A DNA stretch of 64,000 bases. Source: Vicugna vicugna. Taxonomy: Eukaryota. Made by a program: the position numbers and the translations under genes. The first letter of the stretch is position 1, and each line of letters starts with the position of its first letter. Location of the stretch: assembly GCA_013265495.1 (NCBI GenBank), contig MU061578.1, positions 1,807,308 to 1,871,307 of the forward strand, written 5' to 3'. The notes beneath the pieces were generated by a model. It had not been told where the DNA came from. It ran no database searches and saw only the letters and a list, made by a program, of their open reading frames with translations. Of this stretch, positions 24,376 to 37,140 are shown in pieces.

Positions 24376-26384
24376 CATGGCTCCAGTCACCTGCTTGATA
24401 CGGGGAGAGAGCAATTCCTGCAGAGAAGAGATGAGGCCGAGGATCACAGGGGTGATGGGGCGCCAGTTCTGACACCTCACCTCTGACCACATCCCTGATC
24501 AAAGCTCTCACAGGTGGAAGAGAGGGCTTGACACGTACCATCAGGGACTTGGAGCTCAGCACTTTGAGGGATGCTGAGGAGGATGCAAAGATGCACAAGA
24601 CCTCTCAGGAGCTCGGTGCAGCTGTGGCACCAGCCGGCTCTTCAAAATCATGTCTGCAGAGCCAGATTTAAGCAAGGAGCTTGCAACCCGAGTCAGCATC
24701 CACCATGCAGAGGTAGGACCATGTGCTCTGCATAACAGGGTCTTTTTCACTTTAGACTGAAATAGATATAATCCTTCTTGACTTCTCCATCCCCACAATT
24801 CTTTATTAAATATTTATTTAAATAAACACATGAATATTCAAAGCATTAAACTATCTATATATGCATATTTTATATATATATATATAAAACGTGTAAAATC
24901 TCAAAGACACAATTTAGTTTCTTGCTTGTTAGTCCTTCACCTTTGTTTTTTGTTTTTCTCAGAATTGAACTTCAGTTGCAACCCAGTTAAAACTTTGATG
25001 GGAAAGTCAAACCACTTTGAGGCACCAGGCCTCACAAGGACTTGGGGCAGTGGCTCTTGGTGGCTCCCTATTGTTCCTTTACCAATAAGAGTCTTTGTTT
25101 AAAGTGAGTCTCTGGTAACCAGAAGGAATGCTTCCGTTTTCATTTTCACAGTGAAGCATACTTCATGTTTCTTGTTCTTTCTCGGCATGGAGAAGAAGAG
25201 GAGGAAGGAAAGCTCCCTAGAAGGCTGCCTTTAATTCTGCCACTCATCTACCCCACTTACTTTCTAGGTGATAAAAATAACCCAGACATCAGCTGAGAGC
25301 TTCCGGCACCACAAGCCTCAAATTCTTGTTGAAGCCTCAAGTCCCTGCCCCTGTTTCCTGGATGACATGCCCAGCCCTGGGGGCACTGCTGACCCAGGGG
25401 CCCACACATGCAAAGAACTCAGTGCCCTGGGCAAGAGTTGAGTCCAGACTTGGGTCCAGCCTAGCTCCCCCTCCTGCCTGCCGTCTGAGTATCAGTGACC
25501 CACGGAACCTCTCTCCCATCGCTGGCCCTCCAGTGCTCGGTGCCTTGCCTCTTCCACAGCCCACCAAATACCACTGCACTCCTTTCAAGCGGTTTTCCAA
25601 TTCTGCTTGGTGCTTCCTGTATATGGACTCTCAGTCTCTCTTGTACCAGCATGTGCAGAATTTGCTCTTTAAATGTCAACTCTTTAATAAAAGTATCGCT
25701 ATTTTTTAAGAAGTTCCTGCCCAGTTTTGCATACATCTTGTACTGATAAAAAGACCAATGTCAAAAAAAAAAACCAAAAAACCAAAAAACACATCTTCTT
25801 ATCTGGGAAACAGCAGAAACTGGCAGGACCTATCTCACTGGTCCTTGTGAGGATGGAATGAGGCGATGCACACGCAACACTTGGCGCATGAGCAAATGTC
25901 CTGCACTGTAGCTGCTACCTTCAGGAGGACTGAGGACGACATCTGTTCTCCACCGCCTGGACCCAGGCAGGAGCTCAGCTCTTTACATAACGTCTGGAAG
26001 AAGCTAGCTCTCAAAAACATTTTAAGTGTTTTGAAGGAAGAGGCTAGCTTTCCTACTGGGGGTCAGAGGAAAGGGGCAGCAGAGTGGACGACTGGATTAT
26101 GACAAAGCAAATGACTTCAGGTTGAACTTTCGTATGAGCCACTGATTTCCTTGGGACCCCTCCCCTCACACGGTTATCCGGTCCCCGCCCACCTTCCGGC
26201 TGGATTCTTGTGGCTCGCCCCCCCTCTCCGCTTAATCAGCACCACCACAAGGTCGTCCTCAACTAAAACAGAGCAAGCTTTTTGCGACTCTCTTCTGCTA
26301 AACTGATCGCTGCCAAAGTTCTTCTCTCAGAGTCCCACTCTCCATCTCCACGGCTTCTCCCAAACAGACATTCTCTCTCCCCAG

Positions 26385-26570
26385 AAAGGAATTTTTATGC
26401 CATCTTCACTAGAAACCTGTGGGTTGCTACTGTCGTTCTCATGATCGAAGTGGAAATTGGGGCTGAGAAAGGTTACGTAACCTTCCCACATCTGCAGAAC
26501 TGATAAATAGACAGCCGAGAACCGAATCTCCATTTAATTGTCTCAAAGTCCGTGCTGTTTCCACTAGGAC
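26385..26570 (-). mobile_element. MIR SINE
   Basis: GTGGAAATTGGGGCTGAGAAAGGTTACGTAACCTTCCCA...CCGTGCTGTTTCCACTA. Confidence 0.65.
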
Positions 26571-29500
26571 TGCTGCTTCCTTCGCTTGAATCTACGTGAG
26601 CCACTAGAGGTCACCCAGGGGGTCTACTGAGCACACACAGCCAAAAGGCCCACAGCTTGCTTGGCCCAGCAATGCACAACTTTTATGAACTTCTACCATC
26701 AAAATTTTCAGAATGTACTGGAGTCTATGGTCCATAAAACCAGACTGAGAACACAATGCATGTAACAGAGTTCTCTCATCAATGAATTTATGGACATAAC
26801 AATGATACATGGGACTGGAGAACCAGCAGAACCCCAATTTCCAGAATCTCTAAACCCTTGTCAAGAAATAACATGACATTCACATCAGATTAGTCAAAGG
26901 GAGAGGTTCTGGAATACTATTAGTCTCAGAAATAATTTCTTGCACCAGAATCCACGAATTCTGAAGCTCCATTTTCCTTGGGGGCGTCACCGTCTCAAAG
27001 AGCAGTGGGCTCTTTCCTAATCTGGCTTCTCCCTCTCTTCTGTGAGCTCCTTGAAGGTAAAGACTCCACCTGACTCACATTTCCAACCTCACTGCCTAGC
27101 GCCTCTTAAGTATTATGGGCAAATAAAACACAGGCAGCTAAGAGTAGAAAGCCCAGAAAACAATGGGCTGGCTGTAAGTTAACACCAGCCATTTAAAGAA
27201 GTGATTTGGCGCTGTGTGCCCTAAGTCAGAGAGATGCTTATACCCTTTGACTGTGTAAGTCCCCTCAGGGCTATATCCCCGGAAGTTATCCCCTAGGAAT
27301 AAAATGCTCCAGATCCTGAATAGTTAACTCCAGGAATCACGGTATTAGTGAAAAGAATGGGAACTTCCTAGATATTTCATGATAAAGAAGTGAAGCATCA
27401 TCCTGCCAATGTAGTGTGTGACCCTCAAAATTATGACTGTAGGGAGTGACAGAGCAACATGAAAAAGAAAACCATTCAGGCTGAAGCTGAAGAGGGTAGA
27501 AATGATAACACCAGACCACAAGCCCCAGCGCTGGACCACGCATCCGGACAAGGGTGACAAGGAGAAGTGGGGGAAGGAATTCAGCTGGTTCGTGGCAGTG
27601 GTGCACATCAGAATGATTCAGGCGCAGGTAAACCTGGTTTCCTCACCACCTTAAGAGTTATTTGAGCGCTAAGTTTAAAATGGACACAAGGAAGGTCAGG
27701 GAAGGCTTGGAGTCTGTTCTGAAATGGCAGGCGGGCAGTTGGAGCGGAGCCCCTGAGTGAGAGAGCCCAGCTTTGCATGCGAGATGTGGAGCGTCCCCTT
27801 TCCGGAGCCAGACCCGCACCGGCTGGAGCACGTGATCATGCTCGCGGCCATCTGCTCGGGGGTTGTGAAGGCAGCCGTGTGTCCTCCTGCCTGGATGCCG
27901 GGGAGGACACCGATCACTAGTCAATCTGCTTGAAATCGCCTCCGATGATTAGTGTGTAATGACTCAGGTAGGTCATGGCCAGGGACGTTTCTGTTATTAA
28001 TGCATTCGCAGCTGTGAACGGGCATCCATTCTGCAGAGCGAGGTTTATGGACTTGGTGGGGAGAGCCTGGCCCTGTGGCATGTAAATGGTCATTTCTAGG
28101 GGAGCGAGCACTCTGAGAGGGAAGCACACTTCGGGGAAGGTGAAGAGGGCCCGTGAGGAAGGCCAGCCAATTCACAAAGAGAGAGAGAGGGAAAAAAAAA
28201 CTAGCTTGGGAAGATGGAAGAGAGGAATTTACCTGTGTTGGAAACAAGCCTCTCCCACATCTGAGACGTATCTAATCATACATGCACTTGGGGCCCAACA
28301 TGTATTCCTCTCTGTGATTGGCTGGTCTACAGTAGTTAATATCACTTGTTTTATTTGCTTAAATTTTATCTTAAAATTTTATGACGAGTTCAGGGCCCCG
28401 TGTCTGTTCCCTGTACTATCCCTGGCACCGAGCAAGAGTCCAACACAGTTAATTTCCCATAGTTATTTGCGGATGAAGGAATGAATGATGACATTACCAG
28501 GATAAGAATGTTCACTCACACGTCAGTGTCCTGCACCTGAGTGCAGTGTCCCACAGTACAGTTCTTCAAGATGATTTATCCTTCTTAAATACAGGGACTG
28601 AGCTCCAGTGAGTCAGCCAACTTGCCAGTTTGCGAATACACGCTCACACGTGCATGCACGCACACACATGCACCCCTCGGTCAGTGGGAGAGGACATTCC
28701 TTCTCAGAGTCGTAACTGTTCTGAATAATAACAATAGTAGTCATTACCACTATTTATTTAATGCTGCCTGTATACCAGGCACTGAGTTGGTGGGTACTTT
28801 CTGAGGCAAGAATCCTCATTTGGGGAAATAATTCCTTGAATTCAAAACAAAGTAGCCACATGTGTAAAAGAAATATTCTCGCTATCAGCACTTGGATAGA
28901 GTTTATATTTTTGTTCCAGAGCTTCTTAAAAGTCAATGAAATCTGTAACCTTTGTTTGGAGAAACCAAATTCCTTGTTTCCATAACTTATGAACCAGTCA
29001 TTTCACCAAAATCTGCATTTGTCCTTTGCAATGTCCAGCCAGTGGGGAAGGTTCACCAATGTCTCAAAGAAAGAAACCCTCTTATTACAACGTTGAATAA
29101 AAACAGCGAGTAGATCTGATCTTCAGCGTAAGTGAAGGGATTTAACAGAAACCCCAAGTCATTGTTTTCCTGGGGTCATTCAGCTGGGAACTGGTGAACA
29201 GCCAGGATGAATACAAAGATTTCACCTCTTAGGTGTTTGAGCCAATATAAGAGGTTGCAGGCAAAACCTGCTTTTATGTCCTCTAATTCTCTAATGCAGC
29301 CTATAAGTATGGATCAAACATGCTCAATATCGACTTATTAATACAGTGAAGAGAAAGCAGAGCGTCAGCACTGCATTAGTCCCAGGCCCGCGTGGTGCGT
29401 TCCCTTGCCCAGGAGACAAGGGGCTCATTTCTGCCAGCAGGTGGGGGCGGGGACCAGCACTGCCGGTCGTAACTCTTCAATCTCCATCTTGCTGAGATAA

Positions 29501-32046
29501 TGATCGCTCCCTCCAGCCGTCTCTTCTGTGGCCTAGTTTCTGTCTTGTTTCTTTACTAAATCCCAAGTTGGAAGGGGCCTTAGTTACAGACGATTCCAGT
29601 TCAATTCCTTGTTATTATTATTTTTTTAATGAGGACATTCAAGTCACATTGGCCAAATACGTTGTTGAGAAGCACACAGTCAATTCATAAAGCTGCGCCC
29701 TCTTGAGTTTTTCAAAGACTGATCTAGACTGGGAGGTGGGGCGGAGGTGGGTTGTAGTGGGTTATGGACGACAGGAGAATGGTTCAAAGTACCAACAGCG
29801 TGATCACCTTCCCCAGCACTGATTCATGCAACTCAATCACTCATTCAAAATAGGTGCGTGTTTCTCATTTTAGGGGTGTCAGGGATACGGCGGGAAGTGA
29901 GACAGACACGCACCAGGCCTTCAGAGATCTCCCAGCCCAATGGAGAAGACAGATAATACATGAGTAATAAATAGGATCGTTAGAGTCACAGTGAGTGTCA
30001 CGGATTTACACTGGGGAAGTGATGGAGAGTAACAAGGCAGGCAGTGGGGACCCCTTCAGGCTCCTCTCTCCTTTATCCCAGGTCCTTAAATCCTACGACC
30101 ACACAAATCTCCCTTATAACTCTCATTCCTTCTTCTCTTCCTCTATTCTACCAATAAGGGAGCAGAAGAAAATGTTCCTCTTCTATTCTCAATGTTCTTC
30201 TACTTCTCTGCCTATGCTCTCTTCTCTCCCCTCCCACATTCATATACTCACTACATCAAAAATAACCCCCCCGAGTTCCTAGTTCCGAGTTCCCCAAGGA
30301 AGAGAAGGAAGAACTTCTCAGAGCTCTGCTCTGCAGCAGCTTATGACAGACAAGAGACGCACAGGCACAGGTGAGCAAGAACGTCGGGTGGTAATTGGCA
30401 GTTGGTCAAGTGACAAGACAAACAGGAAGGTCAGTGAGTTACCAAGATGCCCTCTAGACCATGGGACTGCAGATCAACTGGCATGGAAGCCACACTAGGC
30501 TTGGTCAGCAATGAAATCAGTGCTCCTATGTTGCTCCCGCTCTTTCTCCCCCTCCCTCTTGAATTCCAGCTGATGCCCGATCTCTCCCATTTCCAGACAA
30601 GCTGCTGACTTCTTTACTCGAGAGAATTCCACCTCCCTGGGTGACAATCATTGCTCTTTCTCCTCCTGTTCACCCTTGCACTGCTCTACCCTTAACTGCT
30701 CCAGCGAGCTCCAGATTTCAAAAGGATTATCATGGGGGTCAACCTCCTACACTCAAAAGAGACTTAGCTTTTTCTTTATCCTCCAAAGGGAAATCAAGGA
30801 ACTCAAGTACGCAGGGGAAACTTCCTTCATCAGGAGGGTCTTGACAGAGGTCTACACAGCACAGAAGTCTCTACCATGAGAGCAGAAGGCAGGGTGCCCC
30901 TGCTGGTGAGACCGAGGATAGCAAACGCTTGGAGTCGGGAAATAGACACATTTGAAGGTGGAGAGCAACGTGCCCAATTGGAATAGAAAGTATTTCGGGA
31001 TTCTCAGAGAGAAGGTAAAGTGGTAGGTAGGGACTAGCTTACTGAGCAAGCAACTTGATAATACTCATGCTTCAGGACTATCAGTCCTTCAGTATACAGA
31101 GTGGAATCCAGGGGAAAGTGGCTTTAGGCACGATGGCCGCATAGCAAGGCGTTACAGCCACGTGATGAAAGAGTCTGCAGAGCGGTAAGCCAACCGAGGG
31201 TTTGGAAGTAAGGCTTTTAGAAAGCCCAGATCAAAGACCCACTCCTCTCTTGGTGGTGGATGAAGAAGAAGACAAAGTCAGTGATGACTGAAGCTTGGTG
31301 GGGTGCCCGGAAAGAGAACGGTGTCCTTGGGTGAGTGAGCGGGTTTGCTCTGAGTTTGATGTCAGGCATTTGGAGTCAGAAGTGACAAGCAGAAGTCAGG
31401 GATGGGGTACAGCAACCTGAGCCACACATGGCACTGGAATCCAGTAATGGATTTGGAGCCCGTTGTTCTAGGCTGAGCAGCTGACAAAGCAGAGGTGGAA
31501 GCCTTGAGGAAGAACACTGAGCGGCAAGCTGAGGAAGAAACCAGCCATCGGGATGACCCAGACTGGTCTCTGGTCTAATGTCGATTCTGTTTCTCCCACT
31601 TACATCATACTCCATCAGCAGGTGAGATGCACTTATTTATCTGTTCACTGCCCCCTCCATCTCTCCATGCGATCACCCATCACTGTACCCAACAAGTACT
31701 GACTGTCTGTTACAGCCATTACTGTAGTAGATGCTGTGTATATAACCAGAGCTTATATATTATTTAACAACCAGCATAAGCTAGGCAACAACCAGTTAGA
31801 ATGGACACATGCTGGGGCGTTAGAGGATGGTGCTGGAGGGTCATTAGCCCTTTAGCTCTGGAGTAAGGGTCCCTGCGGGGGGACAAGGCATATGGGATTG
31901 CAGGAGGAGAAAGACGCCTAAGGGCTTGGGACACCATGAGTTCACCAACCCATGTCTACACTGATCCCTATGCCCTGATTATCGGTCTGGGTTTGAGGAT
32001 GGACAGTTCACACCTGGCCCTTGTACTCAGAGGGCCATTAGTCTAG

Positions 32047-32262
32047 AGATGCCTCATCCAATATGGTAGGCTGTTACTAGTCACATGACACTGCTTACAT
32101 TGAAATTAATTAAAAACAAATAAAATCACAAGCTTAATTCCTCAGCTGTAGCAGCTACAGGTTAAATATTCAATGGCCGTATGTGGCTCATGGTTACCAT
32201 ACTGTAGAGTACAGATAAAGAATATTTCTATCATCACATAAGGCTCTATTGAATGGCATTGG
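32047..32262 (+). mobile_element. MER3-type hAT-Charlie relic
   Basis: TCCAATATGGTAG...CTAGTCACATG...AATTAATTAAAA...ATGTGGCTCATGGTTACCATACTG...ATTTCTATCATCACATAAGGCTCTATTGAATGGCATTG. Confidence 0.75.
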
Positions 32263-35049
32263 ATTAAAGACAAAGAGTTCCATTAATTTTTGCTCACTTA
32301 ATGAATTAATTATAACTTTGATACAGTGTGCCATGAAAGTAATCAAACAGAAGAAAGAGGTCAAAGGAAGGCTTCCACTTGTAGGAATCACTCTAAGGCT
32401 GAAGTTCAACCAACAACCCTGCTACTGCTGGCCTCCTCCAGCTTTCCTTCTAGCACACAGATCGCAAAAGGATGCAAGGAGCTGGAAGCCTCCATAGACA
32501 CTGGGTCATGTGAGCTAATTCTGTGCATCACACACACCGGCCATTCGATGTCCAAAAAGGCCCCATACGCATGGGACATTCTGGGAAAAAAAATAAACAG
32601 CGAAAGATAACCAAACTTTGGAAGCAGGAAATGATTTTCTGAAGCCAAGAGAGGCATCAACATCAGGCTGTCTCAGACCAAAGTAAGATATTAGCTACAA
32701 CAGCAGCCCAGGCACAGCGTTAGATCTGAGCAAGCGCCACCCGCAAAGCGACTGCTCTCGGAAAAACCCCACGAGAGGCTGGCGTGGTTTCCTGACCCAC
32801 GATGCACCATGCACGGTACTGGTGAAGAGGACACAGGGGCCAGGCATGAGGCTCAGTGGAGACGCCAGATCATCTGCTTTCCTGGTAACCAAGCAACCTC
32901 CCAGAACTCCATCTACATTCCAGGAGAAGGGATTTGTTGGCTCTGGAAGCTGATCGTGGTTTCACTGTGCCAGGGAAGCTCTGATCACAAGGGGAAAATC
33001 GGAATCTATTAGGCACACAGAGATTGGGCAATAGCTCTAAATATCCCCAATGAGGAGGTTTTCCATTCCTTCCTTTTTAATTTTTTTAAAAAAAATTATC
33101 AGATATCTGCACACTGGGTTCAGAGCAGCAAATTAATAATTTTTTTTCTCTTCCGACTGCAATTGTAGATATGGAAATACCATATCGTAACGTGAGTTCC
33201 TTACAACACGGTACTAATAATCTCAGGGACCAGAGCCTCCCCTAGGTTAGAAACTTCAGCCCCAGTCTAGGATTGGAATGTGAGTTTCTTTCTGAGAAGC
33301 AGTAATTTGTATCACGTTGAGAAGGTAAAGAGAAAGTAGGAGGGTCACACTCAATCAGAGAACCCATCCTCAGAGCCCACCTCCTTCCATTCTTACCCTG
33401 CCTGCTCCAGCACCACAAAGGCACGTAGGAGAAGGCGGCTGCTTGAAACAGGACCAGCTAAAGCAACACACGCAGTTAACTTTACACCAAACTGATCGGA
33501 ACAGCCAGCATGCCAAATGGCCCCCTCCTCAGTTCACTTACAGAACCTCCCAGTTTTCAGGAAATGCTACAGCCTGAACTTCAAAGGCATTAAAGGATGG
33601 ATGAGGCATGTGGGGAATTAGACATGAAATTTCCTTTATTATTGGGAACAAAAGCTGTGGGTCTAATCTCCTGTGTGATACAAGCTTTAGCTGATCAGGG
33701 TTACACTAAGTCATTCTGATGTAGCCGGCGCCAAATACACCATCTTTTTATTTCTCTCTGTCTCCTCCTCCTCCGCCCCGCTCCCTTCGCGTATGCAAAT
33801 GCCACAGCAGGAAGGGGAGGCTTGCGATGCCACTGAGGGCAAGAGAATTCCCTTTGATCAGCCTCTTCCGGGCCTGGAGTCCCCCAGCCTCCAATTCTAC
33901 CTGCCACTTTATGATATTTGATGTATCAAATTAGTCTCCAACACTCTCAGAAGGAGAATACGTTATGAAATTCTGAAACCTATGAAAGGAGATGCATCTT
34001 GGAGAAAATAAATATTTCCTTAAGTTGGCCGTTTCAAATTTTGATACGTATTGTTAAATTATTACAGATTTATTCACAAAACAAGTTGTCCGCCGACAGA
34101 ACCACTGCAGAGGAGAGCTTTTATGGAAACACAGCGCATCACTGCCACGACCCCAAATGCTGGTGAAGGAAAATAAGAGTTGGGGAAATTGGACAAAATA
34201 CTGCTAGCTTCACCAAAAATAAAGTCCTTGTGTGCAACGAGAAAGGCAGCCGGCGGAAAGTGCTTACTTGCTAAAAAGCAAATGAAATTTCCAAAATCTA
34301 CCCCAGCATCTTAAGAGGACAGAATTTCTTGTTTGCAGTAATTTTTGGATAGGAGTGGCGTATTCTGGCCGAGAAAGTGCAAACTGAACTGTTCTCAAAT
34401 ACCTTGAGAAATACACCATCTCACTTTCTGGTCTGTTTGCTGCATGCACTGGCTGTGTGAGGCCCTGTGCCTGGGAGAGGGGAGTGCTGTCTCCTGATGA
34501 GAAAAACTCCGGGAACAAAAAGAAAACAAAAGCACATTTAATTTAACCCCCAGGCAGTAATCAGCAGGTCAATGCACCATGGACACTTTGAGACATTTCC
34601 ACTGCTCTGGGGGGGTGGGGGGTGGGGTTCTACCCAGCAAACCCTCTTCTCATCTCCAAATCCAATGCAGTGGAGCAGAAAAGAAAGACACAGGCAGGCA
34701 GCAAAGTGTTTGTGGGAACCCCAGGCCTGCAGAAGAGAGCTTTTCATCGCAAACACAATCAAGGCAATGGATGGACTGAGGTAATGAATGCTCAAAAGCG
34801 GCTGCACTTACTGAATGCTGCTGAGTCCGATCAAGGAAGCAGTAAGTTCCACTCGCATGAGTTCTTTGAGCAGTTTCCTAGGGAGGAAAAGAAGGGAAGA
34901 CGTTAACGCTGAGAAATGCATCCTTGAATTGGGTCTGCATCCTTTCTGTCATAGCAACATCTGGTTAACCCCTAAAACAGGCTCTTGATTACACTGTGAA
35001 TTCAACAAAGATCACGGTGATAGACGGTGATGGAAGTGATTAAGATCAA

Positions 35050-35240
35050 GTCTTCAAATGTATCTTCCTTGAGTGCTTTCACACTCCAGTTAGGGAGGGG
35101 TTACTGTGTTCTCTATTTCAGAAGAGGAAACTGAGGCTCAGACAGTTCAAGTAAGTTGTACAAAGCACACATGTAGGTGGTGGGGCCTGGATTTGAACTT
35201 GGGCGATCGGACACGAACTTTAGAACCACCCTGCTCCACT
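35050..35240 (-). mobile_element. MIR SINE
   Basis: TTTCAGAAGAGGAAACTGAGGCTCAGA...GGATTTGAAC. Confidence 0.75.
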
Positions 35241-35929
35241 CCTGTCTTACACAGCGAGCTCTTTGTCACAGGATGTTTTCGAGGAAAGACGTTATTCGGC
35301 TCAGAGATATTACTGTGGAATTTCCTGCATGGAGTCAGGCAGGATAAAACCAAACTCTAAATTTCCTTTCAACTCTACAACTCGAAGAATCTGTAATGCT
35401 CATTCCCATGACAGCTAAGGTTCAAAGTGACTCCCTTTTGCACTGAATAAAACCGTGATAGAAGGGGTTCCATCAATAATACATTTCATAAGCATGGCTA
35501 TCATCTCCCAATCAGAAGGAGCAAGATTCATTTTCATTAATATTTAAATAAACCAAATATCAGCTGAACTGCAAATGGCCACTATAATAAGCATATACCT
35601 CAGGGAGTTGGGGGAAAGGTCATCTTCAACCAGGAAAATCAAGACTTCATAATAGATCTCAAAGAGGCACACGGCACCTAGTCCCAAAGAGAGTTGGGGC
35701 CCTGACCTGCTACCGCTCGGGAAGAAACTTCAGCAGCAGAGATGGGAATGGCTTGCAGCGTTCTAGAATCCTGATCCAGCTCTCTTTCAATCCCTCCTGT
35801 AAAGTAGTGACACATCTTACCCTCAATGCAATTCACAAGACTCAGAGCTCAATTACACACGTTATTTGCAGATACATGTTGAAAAATGTGCCCCCCTTCT
35901 TTTTAATATGATGAACTTTTCTTTTGTTT

Positions 35930-36093
35930 TAGGGGAGAGCATGAATGCAGTCCCCCACTACCACAAATTATGCAGTCGAGTTTCCCACATTTGGGGAAAT
36001 CGCAGGGGTCAGCACATCCCGAGGGCAATGCATAAGCCTCGCCCTGGGACAACCCCCTTCGTGATCGTGGTATCTCCCCTGCCAGGTAAGCAT
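35930..36093 (-). pseudogene. RNU1: U1 snRNA full-length retroposed copy (processed pseudogene / U1 variant)
   Basis: Reverse complement reads ATGCTTACCTGGCAGGGGAGATACCACGATCACGAAGG...AATTTGTGGTAGTGGGGGACTGCATTCATGCTCTCCCCTA. It is 164 nt and colinear with U1 (12 differences by hand alignment to human U1 as recalled). It has an A-rich tail (AAAACAAAAG), a TT/AAAA L1-endonuclease site at the 5' junction and an imperfect TSD (AAAAGATTCAT / AAAAGTTCAT). No correctly placed PSE. Confidence 0.95.
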
Positions 36094-36266
36094 GAATCTT
36101 TTTTTTTAACTTCATATTTGGTGAGTCCACTGGTGTTAATAAATTAGGACATCCGATAACATCAAGTGGTTCCAAAATATTGGAAGAAGAAACCAGTGTC
36201 TGGAGATGCCTGAGGGTACAGACAGCTATGACGTAGTGAGGATGCTGGTAATAGTGCACATCCATC

Positions 36267-36925
36267 TATAACCAAGGCCCTACGGGGGCTTCCTGGGACA
36301 GCCCCCGCCATGTCCTCTGCCTGCTTCTTGTCCTGTAGAAAAGCTTTAATCTTCCAGGCCTGCCCTGAGACAGAAAAGCCTGGCTCAAGAATTAATGATG
36401 GAAAGGACGTGAACATGCCATGACAAAAGCAGTAGCTGGGCCAGGAGAACGGGTAACAATTTCAACAGTAAGTCAGCCATATAACAGTCCCAGAATATTT
36501 AGTTCCTCCCTGAAGTACATAGATAACAGTATCTGGTGCCCATTCCTGAGTTAATTTACACATACTAAAACCCCCACCAAATGGAAGAAATTAACAACAT
36601 GAGGACCATGAGCATATAGCCCCCAGACCGGCCGGAACCTGAGAATTGATAATGTTAACCCCTGTGACACCGCCCTGTCACCTCACCATCAACCAGTTGG
36701 AGAACTGTGCATGAACTAATCACATAGTTGACTCCCCTCCCTTACCTTACCCGTACAAACTTCCCTGGAAGCCATCAGAGAGTCTGGGTTTCTTGAGTAT
36801 TAGCTGCCCTGGACTCCTTGTCTGGTGCCTGCGATAAACCCTGCACTTTCCTTCACCGCAACCCAGTGTCAGTAGATTGGCTTTACCGTGAGTGAGAGAG
36901 CAAACCCAAGTCTGGTTCAGCAACA
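36267..36925 (+). mobile_element. ERV1-class solo LTR (~660 bp)
   Basis: Starts TATAACC (degenerate TGTAAC) and ends GGTTCAGCAACA. U5-like TTGAGTATTAGCTGCCCTGGACTCCTTGTCTGGTGCCTGCGATAAACCCTGCACTTTCCTTCACCGCAACCCAGTGTCAGTAGATTGGC. TSD not clean. Confidence 0.82.
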
Positions 36926-36984
36926 CGACCATCCATCCAACCTTCCTTCTTCCCTTCCATCCATCCATCCATGTCTCCACTATC

Positions 36985-37140
36985 TCCTAGCTTTGTGACC
37001 ACAGATAAGTCATTTAACCTTTCTTTGTCTCAGCGAAATGAAAATAAACATAAGTACCTACCTCAATGGGTAGAGGTGAGCGTTAGGAGTTAATATTTGT
37101 AAGGCACTTAGCATTGTGCCTGGCACAAAGTCAACACTGT
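36985..37140 (+). mobile_element. MIR SINE
   Basis: CTAGCTTTGTGACCACAGATAAGTCATTTAACCT...GTACCTACCTCA...GCACTTAGCATTGTGCCTGGCACA. Confidence 0.75.

Noticed and set aside
36108..36125. TCACC motif upstream of the U1 copy as a PSE
   Set aside because: It lies at about -31 instead of about -50 to -70 and matches only the first five bases; the junction looks like an L1 endonuclease site
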